DNA of 64,000 nucleotides from Anaeromyxobacter sp. (GTDB taxonomy: Bacteria > Myxococcota > Myxococcia > Myxococcales > Anaeromyxobacteraceae). Shown in pieces: positions 31,581-41,487 of this stretch. Numbering within the stretch: position 1 is the first letter of the stretch; each line of letters starts with the position of its first letter. The DNA is taken from assembly GCA_049840735.1 (NCBI GenBank), contig JASGJN010000021.1:160001-224000 (forward strand), written 5' to 3'. The notes beneath the pieces are model-generated. The model saw only the letters and a list, made by a program, of their open reading frames with translations, was not told the origin of the DNA and searched no databases. The translations under genes were made by a program, and so were the position numbers.

Positions 31581-32720
31581 CTACCTGGCAGGAAGACGCG
31601 GAGGGGTGAAGTAGCTCTTGAGTCGGAGGACGCGACTCTCGAACCACCTCCACGAGAGCCGCGCCAGCACCCACACGAGTGCGAAGGCGAGCACCCAGGT
31701 GGCGAAGAACGACAGCACTGCGGCGGGTTCGCGCGCCCTGAGGCGCGCCCCGTCCACGCTCGTCCAGGCAACGATGAAGACCGGCATGTGGATGAGGTAG
31801 ATGCCGTACGAAACCTGGCCCACCGCACGCAGCACCCTGCTCCGGAAGAGCCTGGCCAGGGGATTGGTCCACAAGCAGCAGCCGAGCGCGCCGGTGAGGC
31901 CGATGGCAACGCCAAGGAAGACGAGAGCGGCGCCAAGCGGCGCGACGTGCAGGTACAGCGCGGACGCGAGAATGCTGGCCGGAAGGACCACCACGGCGGA
32001 GAACCTGGCGAGCGCCTTGATCGTCTGGGGAGGTACCCAGCGAACCGCGATCGCGAGCAGCGAACCCAGCGACAGCGTGTCGACCCTGCATGGGGTGAAG
32101 CCATACACGTAGTCGCCCGAGATGCCCCGCGTCAGGAGAAGCCAGCGGAGCGCGGGAGCCGCGAGAATGAGGGCCCCGAGGACGAACACGAGACCTCTCC
32201 GGCGCAGAAGCCAGACCAGGAGCGGCCACAGGACATAGAACTGCTCCTCCACCGCAAGCGACCAGGCGACGCTCAAGATGCTGGGCGCCGGACCTCGGGG
32301 AACGAGGTTCTGGACGTAGAGCAGGTACTCCCAGATCGGAGTCGCCGCCGTGTCGAAGCGGAGGGCGGGGACCCGGGGCGCGACGGCGAAGACGAAGAAG
32401 AGCCAGGCGAGGTAGAGCGGAAGGATCCGGAGTGCCCGCCGAGCGTAGAAGTTCCGGAAGAAGTGCGGATCGTCGCGAGTGTCGAGAAGGATCCCGGTGA
32501 TCAGAAACCCGGAGAGGACGAAGAAGAGATCGACCCCCATCCAGCCAAACGGAATCACGAGCCGGAGCGGGGAATGGATGGACAGGACCAGGAGCACGGC
32601 AAGGCCCCGGGCGCCGTCGAGCTCGGGGAGATGACCACCGTAGGTCAGCACCCCGGCACGCGAAAGCTCCGACGTGCACGCCTCCTCCGGGCGGAGCGTT
32701 GGTCGCGGCGTTGTCGTCAC
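31581..32720 (-). CDS. Acyltransferase family 3 (OafA-like); start uncertain
   Basis: LDGARGLAV, GVDLFFVLSGFLI, RRALRILPLY, WSLAVEEQFY, SYGIYLIH. Confidence 0.92.
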   Translation of the reverse strand: MTTTPRPTLRPEEACTSELSRAGVLTYGGHLPELDGARGLAVLLVLSIHSPLRLVIPFGWMGVDLFFVLSGFLITGILLDTRDDPHFFRNFYARRALRILPLYLAWLFFVFAVAPRVPALRFDTAATPIWEYLLYVQNLVPRGPAPSILSVAWSLAVEEQFYVLWPLLVWLLRRRGLVFVLGALILAAPALRWLLLTRGISGDYVYGFTPCRVDTLSLGSLLAIAVRWVPPQTIKALARFSAVVVLPASILASALYLHVAPLGAALVFLGVAIGLTGALGCCLWTNPLARLFRSRVLRAVGQVSYGIYLIHMPVFIVAWTSVDGARLRAREPAAVLSFFATWVLAFALVWVLARLSWRWFESRVLRLKSYFTPPRLPAR

Positions 32721-32867
32721 GGGTGATCCTGTGGTCGCGTGGAGGAGCCCCAGCCTGATGGCGAGCGTCGCGATCAAGTTACCAGAGGAGTGGAGGACCT
32801 GGCAGGTGCGAGCGGACCAGGTGCCTGGCCGGTTTGGGCGCGCGCACGGAATGCGATAACCTTTGCC

Positions 32868-34037
32868 GTGCCTTCGCTCCCGCTCGCCAGGTTTCGGTCC
32901 CTTGACGCCGTCCGGGCGCTGGCCGCGGTGAGCGTGCTGGTGACGCACTGGTCGGGCTGGTTCCTCACGCCACCGGACGACGCGCTGTCCTGGCTGGCGG
33001 CGAGGTGGAACGAGCTCTTCGCCGCCGTGTTCTGGGCGGCACGAGGTATCCACCCTGGCGTGGTCGTCTTCATCGTGCTGAGCGGCTTCTGCATTCATCT
33101 GCCACAGGCCCGGCGCACTAGTGCCCTGCCGGACCGGTCCTTCTGGAAGACGTATGCCCGGCGCCGGGCGCTCCGGATCCTGCCGGTCTACTGGGTGGGC
33201 GTGGTGCTGGGTGCGCTGGCACTGATCGTCGTGACGGCGATGGGCGTCGCGTCGGCCTCACCCTTCGCGGACACGAGCTGGTCGCCAGGAGACCTCACCG
33301 CACGCCTGCTGCTCGCAAACGGCGTGCGCCCGGGACCCGATCTCGGGAACGGTCCGCTGGATACGGTCGCCGCAGAGGCCGTCCTCTACTGCGTCTACCC
33401 CGTGCTGCTCGCACTCCGGCGCCGCTGGGGCTGGAAGAGCGTGTTCGCGATGAGTGCGCTGCTCCAGGGCATCGCCGTATTGGCACTGCGGTCGGGTTGG
33501 GAGCCTCGCTGGATCGGTGCAAGCGCCCTCACCTTCCATCTCTACTGGGCCATGGGGGCACTCGCGGCAGAACGCTTCTGCCGGGCGGATCCCGCCCGGC
33601 ACGCGAGGCCGTGGTCGGTCCTGGTGTTTGGCTTCTATCTCGTGGTGGCCCACGTCGTCAGGGTCCGGGGCGCCCACCTTGTCGCGACCGCGGTCCTGGG
33701 ACTGGCTGCCGCGTTCGCGCTGTACGAGCTGATGGTCCTTGAGCGCACGCGCCAGGCGGGCGCGCCCATGAAGGCGCTCGCGTGGATCGGCGAGCGGAGC
33801 TACAGCCTCTACGCCATCCACGCACCGCTCCTGGTGGTCACCTGGGTGCTGCTGGCAACGGCTGGCCTGCCCCCTTCGCTGGCCCGCCCTGCGCTCCTCG
33901 TGGCGGTGCTGGCGGGGACGCTGCTGACGTACGCGTGCGTGGAAAGCCCGTCGCACCGCTGGGCAAAGGGGCCCATGCGCAGCGAGGCGTCGACGCCGCT
34001 GAACGGAGAAGCCGCGGGCGCTCCGCGACTACGCTGA
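32868..34037 (+). CDS. Acyltransferase family 3
   Basis: LDAVRALA, VVVFIVLSGFCIH, RRALRILPVY, GERSYSLYAIH, VESP. Confidence 0.9.
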   Translation: MPSLPLARFRSLDAVRALAAVSVLVTHWSGWFLTPPDDALSWLAARWNELFAAVFWAARGIHPGVVVFIVLSGFCIHLPQARRTSALPDRSFWKTYARRRALRILPVYWVGVVLGALALIVVTAMGVASASPFADTSWSPGDLTARLLLANGVRPGPDLGNGPLDTVAAEAVLYCVYPVLLALRRRWGWKSVFAMSALLQGIAVLALRSGWEPRWIGASALTFHLYWAMGALAAERFCRADPARHARPWSVLVFGFYLVVAHVVRVRGAHLVATAVLGLAAAFALYELMVLERTRQAGAPMKALAWIGERSYSLYAIHAPLLVVTWVLLATAGLPPSLARPALLVAVLAGTLLTYACVESPSHRWAKGPMRSEASTPLNGEAAGAPRLR

Positions 34038-34940
34038 GGCCTTCGAGGCGTACACGACGGCGCGTCGCAGGTAGGGTGGTTCGAGCACCTGGGAGTGCAC
34101 GATCACGTAGCCGCGAGACGGAGCGACGCGGCATCCCATGGAGGCGAGGGTCCTCGACAAGGTTTCGAAGTCACCCTGCCGATGGTAGGTGCACACCGAG
34201 AGTGCCAGCCGCGGCGCACTCTGGATGAGCCTTCGTGCCCCGGCCAGGACTTCGTGTTCCCCGCCCTCTACATCGGCCTGGATGAAGTCGGGAACGTCAG
34301 CCTGGACGCGGAAGAAGTCGTCCAGTGATACGGCCCCCGGCCGCGACTGGGCGCCCACGAATGCACTGACGATCTCGACGCGGTCGCGCCATGGAGAGAG
34401 CGTTCGAGCCAGCGGCTCCTGCCACTTCGGGTCTGGCTCGAAGACCCAGAGCCTTCGCAGCGAGGGAAGGATCGAGAGCGCGAATATCCCGTCGGAGGCC
34501 CCGATGAGCACGGCAGCATCACCCGTCGCGGGACACCCCGGCCCGTGCCGGTACCTGTGGGGCGAGCGCTCGTCCTGTTCGTAGAGCGCCTCGGCAACGG
34601 CGAAGCGCACCGCCGGAGCCGTGTAGTGCGCAGGGAAGTAGACCCGCTGACCGCGGACCACCGCGTACGGGAGACGGTCCTCGACTCCGGTCTCGACGTC
34701 CGCTGCGAGGTAGTCGCCCACCCACGCGTACGGGATCATCCGCAGCGGGCCGGCCTGGAGGGCCTCCACGACCTCACGGACCTCAGGGTCACTCGCTCCC
34801 CGGTGCAGATGAACGATGTCCCTGGCCAGCACTCCGGCCTGTACCCGCAGCCGGTGGTGATGGTAGCGGATGTGAAGCGCCTGGAGCCCTGGGACGGCCT
34901 TGAGGGCTCGCTTCATGGCTGCGAGCGCAGAGCCTGACAC
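34029..34940 (-). CDS. FkbM-like SAM methyltransferase
   Basis: IGASDGIF, FEPD, SLDDFF, IQADVEGGE, SVCTYH. Confidence 0.8.
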   Translation of the reverse strand: MSGSALAAMKRALKAVPGLQALHIRYHHHRLRVQAGVLARDIVHLHRGASDPEVREVVEALQAGPLRMIPYAWVGDYLAADVETGVEDRLPYAVVRGQRVYFPAHYTAPAVRFAVAEALYEQDERSPHRYRHGPGCPATGDAAVLIGASDGIFALSILPSLRRLWVFEPDPKWQEPLARTLSPWRDRVEIVSAFVGAQSRPGAVSLDDFFRVQADVPDFIQADVEGGEHEVLAGARRLIQSAPRLALSVCTYHRQGDFETLSRTLASMGCRVAPSRGYVIVHSQVLEPPYLRRAVVYASKASA

Positions 34941-34946
34941 GGTGGG

Positions 34947-34955
34947 AACGTATCA
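34947..34955 (-). promoter_or_regulatory. Putative extended -10 element of a leaderless transcript
   Basis: Minus strand TGATACGTT 6 nt before GTG 34940. Confidence 0.5.
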
Positions 34956-35018
34956 CGGGACCGTTCCAGCGGCCCACCTGGCCCCGCGCGAGCATCCCGT
35001 GCCCGCTTGGCGCCACCA

Positions 35019-35426
35019 TCAAGTTGGCGGGAACGGCGCCTTTGCCCGCTCCACGCTGGCCACGGGGGCTCGAGGTCGCTCCTGGCAGGCCCGGAGGGTG
35101 AGCGCGAAGAGCGCGCCGAGCACGAGTGCAACCACGACGCGGGCCCCATGGCGCTTCCGATCGCGCTCGCGACGCCGATGATCGCGCGCCTCGACCGGCC
35201 GCCGTGTGACCCCCTGCGAGGAGCCAGCTTCCTGCGGATAGGGCCAGTGCCAGCCTCGCCGGCGGCATACCCCGCAAGAGTGGAAGCGGATCGGTGTGAT
35301 CTTCCGCAGGAAGCGCTCGAAAGGCGTGTGCGCGCGCGACCGGCGGATCCGCCGGGATCCGCAGTGGGCGCAGCGAGGCCCGCTCGGTGATGCTGCGGTG
35401 TCCCGATCCACGGTCACGCTCCCCAT
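35019..35426 (-). CDS. Small Zn-ribbon membrane protein, paralog 1
   Basis: CAHCGS...CGVCRRRGWH, VEARD, C-terminal TM then CQ. Confidence 0.65.
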   Translation of the reverse strand: MGSVTVDRDTAASPSGPRCAHCGSRRIRRSRAHTPFERFLRKITPIRFHSCGVCRRRGWHWPYPQEAGSSQGVTRRPVEARDHRRRERDRKRHGARVVVALVLGALFALTLRACQERPRAPVASVERAKAPFPPT

Positions 35427-35514
35427 CGACGCCAAGGCCCTGACCGTCTCGCGGTCCGGGGGGCTGCGAGAGTAGGTCGGGGTGACCACACAGTCAACGC
35501 GGCGCCTCGGCCGT

Positions 35515-35889
35515 TCACTCTGCTGCAGGAGGAGTGACGAGCGCGGCGCGCTGCTGGCAACCATGCAGGTAGAAGGCAGCGCCCGTGCCCATGCCGAGCG
35601 CGATCACCAGCGACAGCAACGTCTGACGGCGGCGTCTCCACCGACTCGCCTGGTCGCGAGCCTCGACCTGCCGCGAGGCCAGACCTCGCTCCCGCTGATC
35701 CTGGGGAGCGAGCGCCAGCTCGCCTGTGTGCCACCCCCGATGGCCGCAGCCGCGGCAGAAGTGCAGGTGCAGCGGGGTGAGCTCGCGGATGCTGCGCTCC
35801 CACAGGCCGCGGGGCATCGACCGCCGGACATCACGGGATCCGCAACGGCGACAGACGAAGACGGCGGGGGGCGTGGCCTTGGCATCCAC
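35515..35889 (-). CDS. Small Zn-ribbon membrane protein, paralog 2
   Basis: CRRCGS...CRGCGHRGWH, VEARD, C-terminal TM then CQ. Confidence 0.65.
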   Translation of the reverse strand: MDAKATPPAVFVCRRCGSRDVRRSMPRGLWERSIRELTPLHLHFCRGCGHRGWHTGELALAPQDQRERGLASRQVEARDQASRWRRRRQTLLSLVIALGMGTGAAFYLHGCQQRAALVTPPAAE

Positions 35890-35903
35890 CGGGTGATCCC
35901 TTC

Positions 35904-38426
35904 TCACGGACCGGAGCCGGGAAGCAAGGGGTCGGGGTTCCCGAGAAGCCGGCGCCGCCGACGATCGGCTTCTGCCTCCGCCGCAGCTCGACGGGCCTGC
36001 TGGATGCGATCCTGGAATGAGGGCCGGCCCGCGAGCGCGGTGGCCCGCTCCAGGTGCTGGATGGCGTCGTCGTAGCGGTGGGCCTGCAGGCACAGGTCGG
36101 ACAGGAACACCAGCGGCCCAGCCTCGCCGGAGAGCATGGCCACGCCGCTCTCCGCGCGCCGGATGGCCTCGCCGATCCGGCCCTGGTCCCGGAGCGCGCG
36201 GGCCACGAGGAACTCGCGGTCCGCCGCCTCGCGGGTGTTCCCCGGCTGGATCCTCTCGGCCATCCGGATCGCCTCGGAGAAGCGGCCGGCACCACGTGCG
36301 CGATCAGAGAGGTAGGTGAGGAGCACCGACGATCCCGTGATCTGCTCTGCTCCTCGGCGGGCCTCCTCGAGCGCGTCGGCTGGCCGGCCGAGGCGCTCCA
36401 GTGCGTCGGCCGCGACGCGGTAAGCCTGCGGGTCCGCAGGAGGGAGCGCCTGCCGCGCGCGCGCGGCGTCAAGCGCGCCCAGTGGGTCTCCAGACGCCAA
36501 CGAGGCGACGGCCAGCGAACCCAGGGCGCGCGGCTCGAAGTAGGTGTCGTATGCCATGCGGAAGACTTCTCTCGCGGCGGCGGGCTCACGGGTCAGCATG
36601 AGGTCCCCAAGCTCCATCAGTCCGTCGGGCGTCGGGAGTGCCACCTCCGCCAACGCCACGGGGCTACGCCACCACTCCGTTGCCTCCGCGAGCGCCATGG
36701 GGTCTTGAAGGGCCACGGCGAGCCGGTACTCGCGCCTGGCCTCCGGATCCCGGTGCAACGCGGCAAGGCACCTGCCGGCGAATCGGTGGGGCTCAGCGGC
36801 GGTCGGCGCCAGCAACATGGCCCGCTGGAGCCAGGCCAGCGCCTCCGGGCAGCGCCCCGCCGCCGCCAGGTGGGCGCCCGCCCTGGCCTGGGGGAGGTAG
36901 TCCGCCGGGCGCCAGCGCGCCACGCGAGCGCTCCAGGCCAGCGTGCCGTCGAGCCCGGCCGTCGGTGTGCTGTCCCGCTCGGCCCCGGCTCGCCGGCCGG
37001 CCATCGCCATCCCGAGCCCAGCAGCCACGCAGGCTCCCAGCGCGGCCGCGAGCCCAAGCCTCCTCCAACCCTGGGAGAGACACTCCCGCTCCGGCTCGGC
37101 CAGGAGGCCGAGCGCCACGCCGAAGGCGACGAGCGTGGCCGGCAACTCGAAGGAGAAGTCGGCGACCTCGTGAATGAGCAACGATGCCACACCGGCCAGC
37201 AGCGCTGCGTGCGACGGGGGTCTGTCGCGAGCGAACACGGCGCGGGCCAGGATCCAGGCCACGCCGGCGAGGAAGAGCACCCCGCCGGGCAGGCCCAGCT
37301 CGATGACGAGCTGCAGCCACTCGTTCTCGAGGTGCGTGTACGTGACCGGCGCCTCGTCGCGCTTGTACGCAGGGAAGCTCGTCTCGAAGGCGCTCCGGCC
37401 GATGCCGACGACCGGAAAGTCACCGACCATCCGTGCAGCGGGCGCCCACAGGCGGATCTTCGAATCTTCCGGCGCGGCCACGACGGACCGGAGCTCCCCC
37501 ACGATTGGCGTGGCCGCCAGGTAGGCCGAGGCCGCGACGCCGGCCACGAGCGCGCAGGGAATCGCCCACTGGAGCAGAGCGTTCCGTGACCAGGAGGCGT
37601 CGCGCCGTGCAGCCGCGCGCCTGGCCATCCAGAAGACCACCACTCCGGCCATGAACGCCGCAATTCCCCCTCGAGAGAGCGAGAGAAGGACCGCGGCTGT
37701 CGAGGCCGCGAATACGACCAGCCAGGCGCCGCGGTGCTCCCTCGATTCGAGGGCCATGCCCAGCGCGGCAAAGGCAGTGAGGCCGAGGAAGCCGGCGACA
37801 TGGTTGGCGTTGACCAAGGGGAATGTCGGCGCCAGCAGCTGGGTCCAGCCGAGCAGGGCGCCAAAGAGCATGGTCGCCACGACCAGCGCGGCGCCGCTGG
37901 CCAGGCCAGAGAGGATCAATCGTCGGCGGCGCCCCGTGTTGGCGAAGCTGGCGGCGGCCCAGAACGCAGCCACGAACGCAACCCCGAGCATGACGCCGCG
38001 GCCTGTCGCCGCCGGCTCCAACGAAAGCGCTCGGGCCGCAGGGTACGCGCCGAGCGGCGCCAGGGACGAGCGGAAGAGCTGGTCGGTGCTTGGCGAAAGC
38101 AACGCGATCCAGGACGGCGGGAGCGGGATCAGCTGCAGGGCGCTCACCAGCGGCAGCGCCAGGAGCGGCAGCAGCTGTATCGGCGCGCCCCGACGCGCGG
38201 CCATCGCAGCCACCGCACAACCAAGCAGGACCACGGCCAGCGCGGTCTCGAGGAGGAGCCGCGGGCGGCCACCGAGGAGCGCCAGGCTCGCGCAGAGCAA
38301 CGCGACGATCCCGCTGGCCGCGAAGGACGACCGGGTGCGCCCTGGGTATGACTCACGGCTTCGAGGCAAGCGCTCCCATCCTAGCGGTGGTGCATCTTGC
38401 GACGCCAGGGGCCGGCTCGACTTCAA
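35904..38426 (-). CDS. O-antigen ligase (Wzy_C) family protein with C-terminal TPRs; start uncertain
   Basis: LQLIPLPP..LSP, NANHVAG, LSLSRGG, RIRLW-like, GIG, HLENEWLQ, DFSF; TPR-like helices afterwards. Confidence 0.85.
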   Translation of the reverse strand: MKSSRPLASQDAPPLGWERLPRSRESYPGRTRSSFAASGIVALLCASLALLGGRPRLLLETALAVVLLGCAVAAMAARRGAPIQLLPLLALPLVSALQLIPLPPSWIALLSPSTDQLFRSSLAPLGAYPAARALSLEPAATGRGVMLGVAFVAAFWAAASFANTGRRRRLILSGLASGAALVVATMLFGALLGWTQLLAPTFPLVNANHVAGFLGLTAFAALGMALESREHRGAWLVVFAASTAAVLLSLSRGGIAAFMAGVVVFWMARRAAARRDASWSRNALLQWAIPCALVAGVAASAYLAATPIVGELRSVVAAPEDSKIRLWAPAARMVGDFPVVGIGRSAFETSFPAYKRDEAPVTYTHLENEWLQLVIELGLPGGVLFLAGVAWILARAVFARDRPPSHAALLAGVASLLIHEVADFSFELPATLVAFGVALGLLAEPERECLSQGWRRLGLAAALGACVAAGLGMAMAGRRAGAERDSTPTAGLDGTLAWSARVARWRPADYLPQARAGAHLAAAGRCPEALAWLQRAMLLAPTAAEPHRFAGRCLAALHRDPEARREYRLAVALQDPMALAEATEWWRSPVALAEVALPTPDGLMELGDLMLTREPAAAREVFRMAYDTYFEPRALGSLAVASLASGDPLGALDAARARQALPPADPQAYRVAADALERLGRPADALEEARRGAEQITGSSVLLTYLSDRARGAGRFSEAIRMAERIQPGNTREAADREFLVARALRDQGRIGEAIRRAESGVAMLSGEAGPLVFLSDLCLQAHRYDDAIQHLERATALAGRPSFQDRIQQARRAAAEAEADRRRRRLLGNPDPLLPGSGP

Positions 38427-38496
38427 GTGCCGATTCTTCTAGGATTCTCGCCCCGAGCGGCCACCCCGCCCCCTGCGCAGCGACCCCAAGGAGCCC

Positions 38497-40701
38497 ATGG
38501 CTGCAGAGCAGAGCGAACCCCGCGAGACCGAGTCACTCGACCTTCACGCGTACTGGCGCACGATCGTCCGCCGGCGGTGGATGATCGTCCCGTTCTTCCT
38601 GGCCACGGTCGCGGTGACGGCGTTCGTCACGCTGCGCCAGACCAAGATCTACGACGCGACCTGCACCATCGTGATCGACCTCGCGGCGCCCCGGGTTCTG
38701 GAGAAGGAGCAGGTCCAGGACGTGGTGGAGTCCGGCACCGGTGGCTACTGGTACAGCCGCGAGTACTACGAGACACAGTACAAGGTCATCGCCAGCCGAG
38801 CGGTCGCCCAGCGCGTCGCGGACAGACTCCAGCTGGCGACCAATGCTCGATTCCTTGGCGTGCCGGAGGGGAGCGTCGGCCCGGGCAATCCCGCTCGCGA
38901 TCCAGTCGGGCTCTTGCAGAAGGGGCTGAAGATCGAGCCCGTGAAGGAGTCGCGGATCGTGCGGCTGCGATTCGAAGACCCGGATCCGGCCTTGGCAGCG
39001 CAGATAGCGAACGGGTTCGCCGAGGCGTATATCGCCGAGAACCTCTCGGTCAAGACCACGACCACCGCCAGCGCCTCCGAGTGGCTGGAGGAGCAGCTGG
39101 CCGAGCTGGAGCAGAAGCTCGACGAGAGCGGCAAGGCGCTGTTCGACTTCAAGAAGGCGCACGACATCGTCGCCGCCACCTGGGATGACCGGCAGGGCAT
39201 GGTCAGCCAGCGCATGACCGCCATCAACGACGCGCTCACGAAGGCCCGGGTGCGCAAGGCTGAGCTGGAGGCGCGCAACCAGTCGGTCGACGCTCTTGCC
39301 GCTGCGCTCGCCCAGGATCGGCTGGACGCCATCGCCAACGAGCTTCAGCTCCTGAACGTCAACCCCGCGATCGAGAACCTCAAGCTCAAGTACTATGACG
39401 TGGCGACCGAGTGCGCCGACCTGAAGGTGAAGTACCTGCAGGACCATCCCAAGCTGGAGGCCTGCGAGCAGAAGCGGGCGCTCATCAAGGCGGGGCTCGA
39501 GCGCGAGGTCAAGGGCACCCTCGACGCGGCTCGGAGCGAGTATCAGGAGGTCTCGCGCTCGGAGCGAAACCTCACCAAGCTGCTGGACGACGCCAAGGCC
39601 GATGCGTTCGGACTGAATCAGTACGAGCGCGACTATCTCGAACTCAAGCGGTCCTATGACAACAACCAGCGGCTCTACGAGCTGGTCCTGAAGCGCCTGA
39701 AGGACACGAGCGTCACCGGCATGTTGCAGGTGTCCAACGTCCGTATCCTGGATCGTGCGCGGCCCGGCGCAGCGCCGGTCCGTCCGTCGCCCAGGAAGAA
39801 CATCGGGCTGGCCATCATCCTGGGCATCATCGGAGGGATCGCGCTGGCCTTCGCCGCGGAAGCCGTCGACACCAGCATCACGAGCCAGGAGCAGATCGAG
39901 GAGAAGCTCGGCCTCACCTTCCTGGGCATCGTGCCGCGCATCCCTCCCAACAAGGATGGCACGCCGCAAGACCTCATCGTCCATACCCAGCCCAAGTCCG
40001 CCGCGGCGGAGTGTGTTCGGGCGGTGCGGACCAACCTCCTCTTCATGTCGCCGGAGAAGCCGCTTCGGACCATCCTCGTCACCTCCAGCGGCCCGCAGGA
40101 GGGGAAGACAACCACGGTCACCTCCCTCGCAGTGACCATGACCACGAGCGGCAACCGGGTCCTGATCGTGGACGCGGACATGCGCCGGCCCCGCCTCCAC
40201 CGCATCTTCGGGGTCAAGAGCGAGGTGGGGCTCTCGTCGCTCATCCTGGGCGAGGGATCCATCGACGAAGCGGTCATCGAGACCGCCATCCCGAATCTGT
40301 CGATCCTGCCGTGCGGCCCCGTGCCCCCCAACCCGGCGGAACTGCTCCACACGGCCTCGTTCGCCCGGCTGTTGAACGCGCTGGCCGAGCGATATGACCG
40401 GATCATCCTGGACTCCCCGCCCGTCGGCGTGGTCGCGGATGCAGTCGTGATCTCCACGCGCGTGGACGGTGCGCTGGTGGTGCTCAAGGCCGGTACCACC
40501 TCGCGCGAGGTCGCGCGGCAGTCCGTTCGCCAGTTGCGGGACGTCAACGCGCCCCTGTTCGGCGCGGTGCTCAACGACCTGGATCTGGAAGACCAGAAGT
40601 ACGGTCAGTACTCCTACTACTACCGGTACGGCTACTACTACGGCGACAGTCGCCGCGACGACAAGGGTGGCCGTGCGGACGCCGGCCCTACCGCGGCCTG
40701 A
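38497..40701 (+). CDS. wzc: Polysaccharide co-polymerase / tyrosine autokinase (Wzc, GumC-like)
   Basis: Two TMs with coiled coil; Walker A GPQEGKT, VDADMRRP, ILDSPP, Tyr cluster YGQYSYYYRYGYYY. Confidence 0.95.
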   Translation: MAAEQSEPRETESLDLHAYWRTIVRRRWMIVPFFLATVAVTAFVTLRQTKIYDATCTIVIDLAAPRVLEKEQVQDVVESGTGGYWYSREYYETQYKVIASRAVAQRVADRLQLATNARFLGVPEGSVGPGNPARDPVGLLQKGLKIEPVKESRIVRLRFEDPDPALAAQIANGFAEAYIAENLSVKTTTTASASEWLEEQLAELEQKLDESGKALFDFKKAHDIVAATWDDRQGMVSQRMTAINDALTKARVRKAELEARNQSVDALAAALAQDRLDAIANELQLLNVNPAIENLKLKYYDVATECADLKVKYLQDHPKLEACEQKRALIKAGLEREVKGTLDAARSEYQEVSRSERNLTKLLDDAKADAFGLNQYERDYLELKRSYDNNQRLYELVLKRLKDTSVTGMLQVSNVRILDRARPGAAPVRPSPRKNIGLAIILGIIGGIALAFAAEAVDTSITSQEQIEEKLGLTFLGIVPRIPPNKDGTPQDLIVHTQPKSAAAECVRAVRTNLLFMSPEKPLRTILVTSSGPQEGKTTTVTSLAVTMTTSGNRVLIVDADMRRPRLHRIFGVKSEVGLSSLILGEGSIDEAVIETAIPNLSILPCGPVPPNPAELLHTASFARLLNALAERYDRIILDSPPVGVVADAVVISTRVDGALVVLKAGTTSREVARQSVRQLRDVNAPLFGAVLNDLDLEDQKYGQYSYYYRYGYYYGDSRRDDKGGRADAGPTAA

Positions 40702-40713
40702 GGTAGCGACGCG

Positions 40714-41487
40714 ATGAAGGCGGTGATCCTGTGCGGTGGTCAGGGAACGCGGATTCGCGACGCCAGCGAGCTGCTTCCGAAGCCCATGCTTCCCATCGGC
40801 GGAAAGCCCATCGTCTGGCACATCATGAAGGGCTACGCCCAGCACGGGGTGGATCGTTTCGTGCTCTGCCTGGGGCACAAGGGCTGGCTGATCAAGGAGT
40901 TCTTCCTGAACTACCGGGCCATGACCGCCGACCTCACCGTGACGCTGGGGGCTCCCGACCTCGAGCTCCATGGGCGCTCCGACGAGGATGGGTGGCAGGT
41001 CACGCTGGCCGAGACCGGCGAGCTCACGCAGACAGCCGGTCGGATCGCCGCGATCAAGCGGTACGTGGGTGACGAGGAGCTGTTCCTGCTCACGTACGGT
41101 GACGGCGTCTCGGACGTTGACGTCCGCGCCACGGTGGAGTTCCACCGGCGACACGGGAAGATCGCCACCGTCACCGCGGTGCGGCCGCCCGGTCGATTCG
41201 GCGAGCTGCGAGTCGTCGCCGGGAAGGTCACGGAGTTCAACGAGAAGCCGCAGGCCTCCGAGGGCTTCATCAGCGGCGGCTTCTTCGTGCTGGACGCGCG
41301 TCGGGTATGGCCGTTCCTGACCGGTGACGTCCCCTTCGAGCGTGAGCCCCTGCAGGCCCTGGCTCGGGCTGGTGAACTCGTGGCCTACCAGCACCCGGGA
41401 TTCTGGCAGCCGATGGACACGGCGCGCGAGTACGCGCTCCTCAACGAGCTGTGGGCAGCAAACCGCGCGCCCTGGAAGACCTGGTGA
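40714..41487 (+). CDS. rfbF: Glucose-1-phosphate cytidylyltransferase
   Basis: ILCGGQGTR, PKPMLPIG, TYGDGVSD, GFWQPMDT, APWKTW. Confidence 0.95.
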   Translation: MKAVILCGGQGTRIRDASELLPKPMLPIGGKPIVWHIMKGYAQHGVDRFVLCLGHKGWLIKEFFLNYRAMTADLTVTLGAPDLELHGRSDEDGWQVTLAETGELTQTAGRIAAIKRYVGDEELFLLTYGDGVSDVDVRATVEFHRRHGKIATVTAVRPPGRFGELRVVAGKVTEFNEKPQASEGFISGGFFVLDARRVWPFLTGDVPFEREPLQALARAGELVAYQHPGFWQPMDTAREYALLNELWAANRAPWKTW

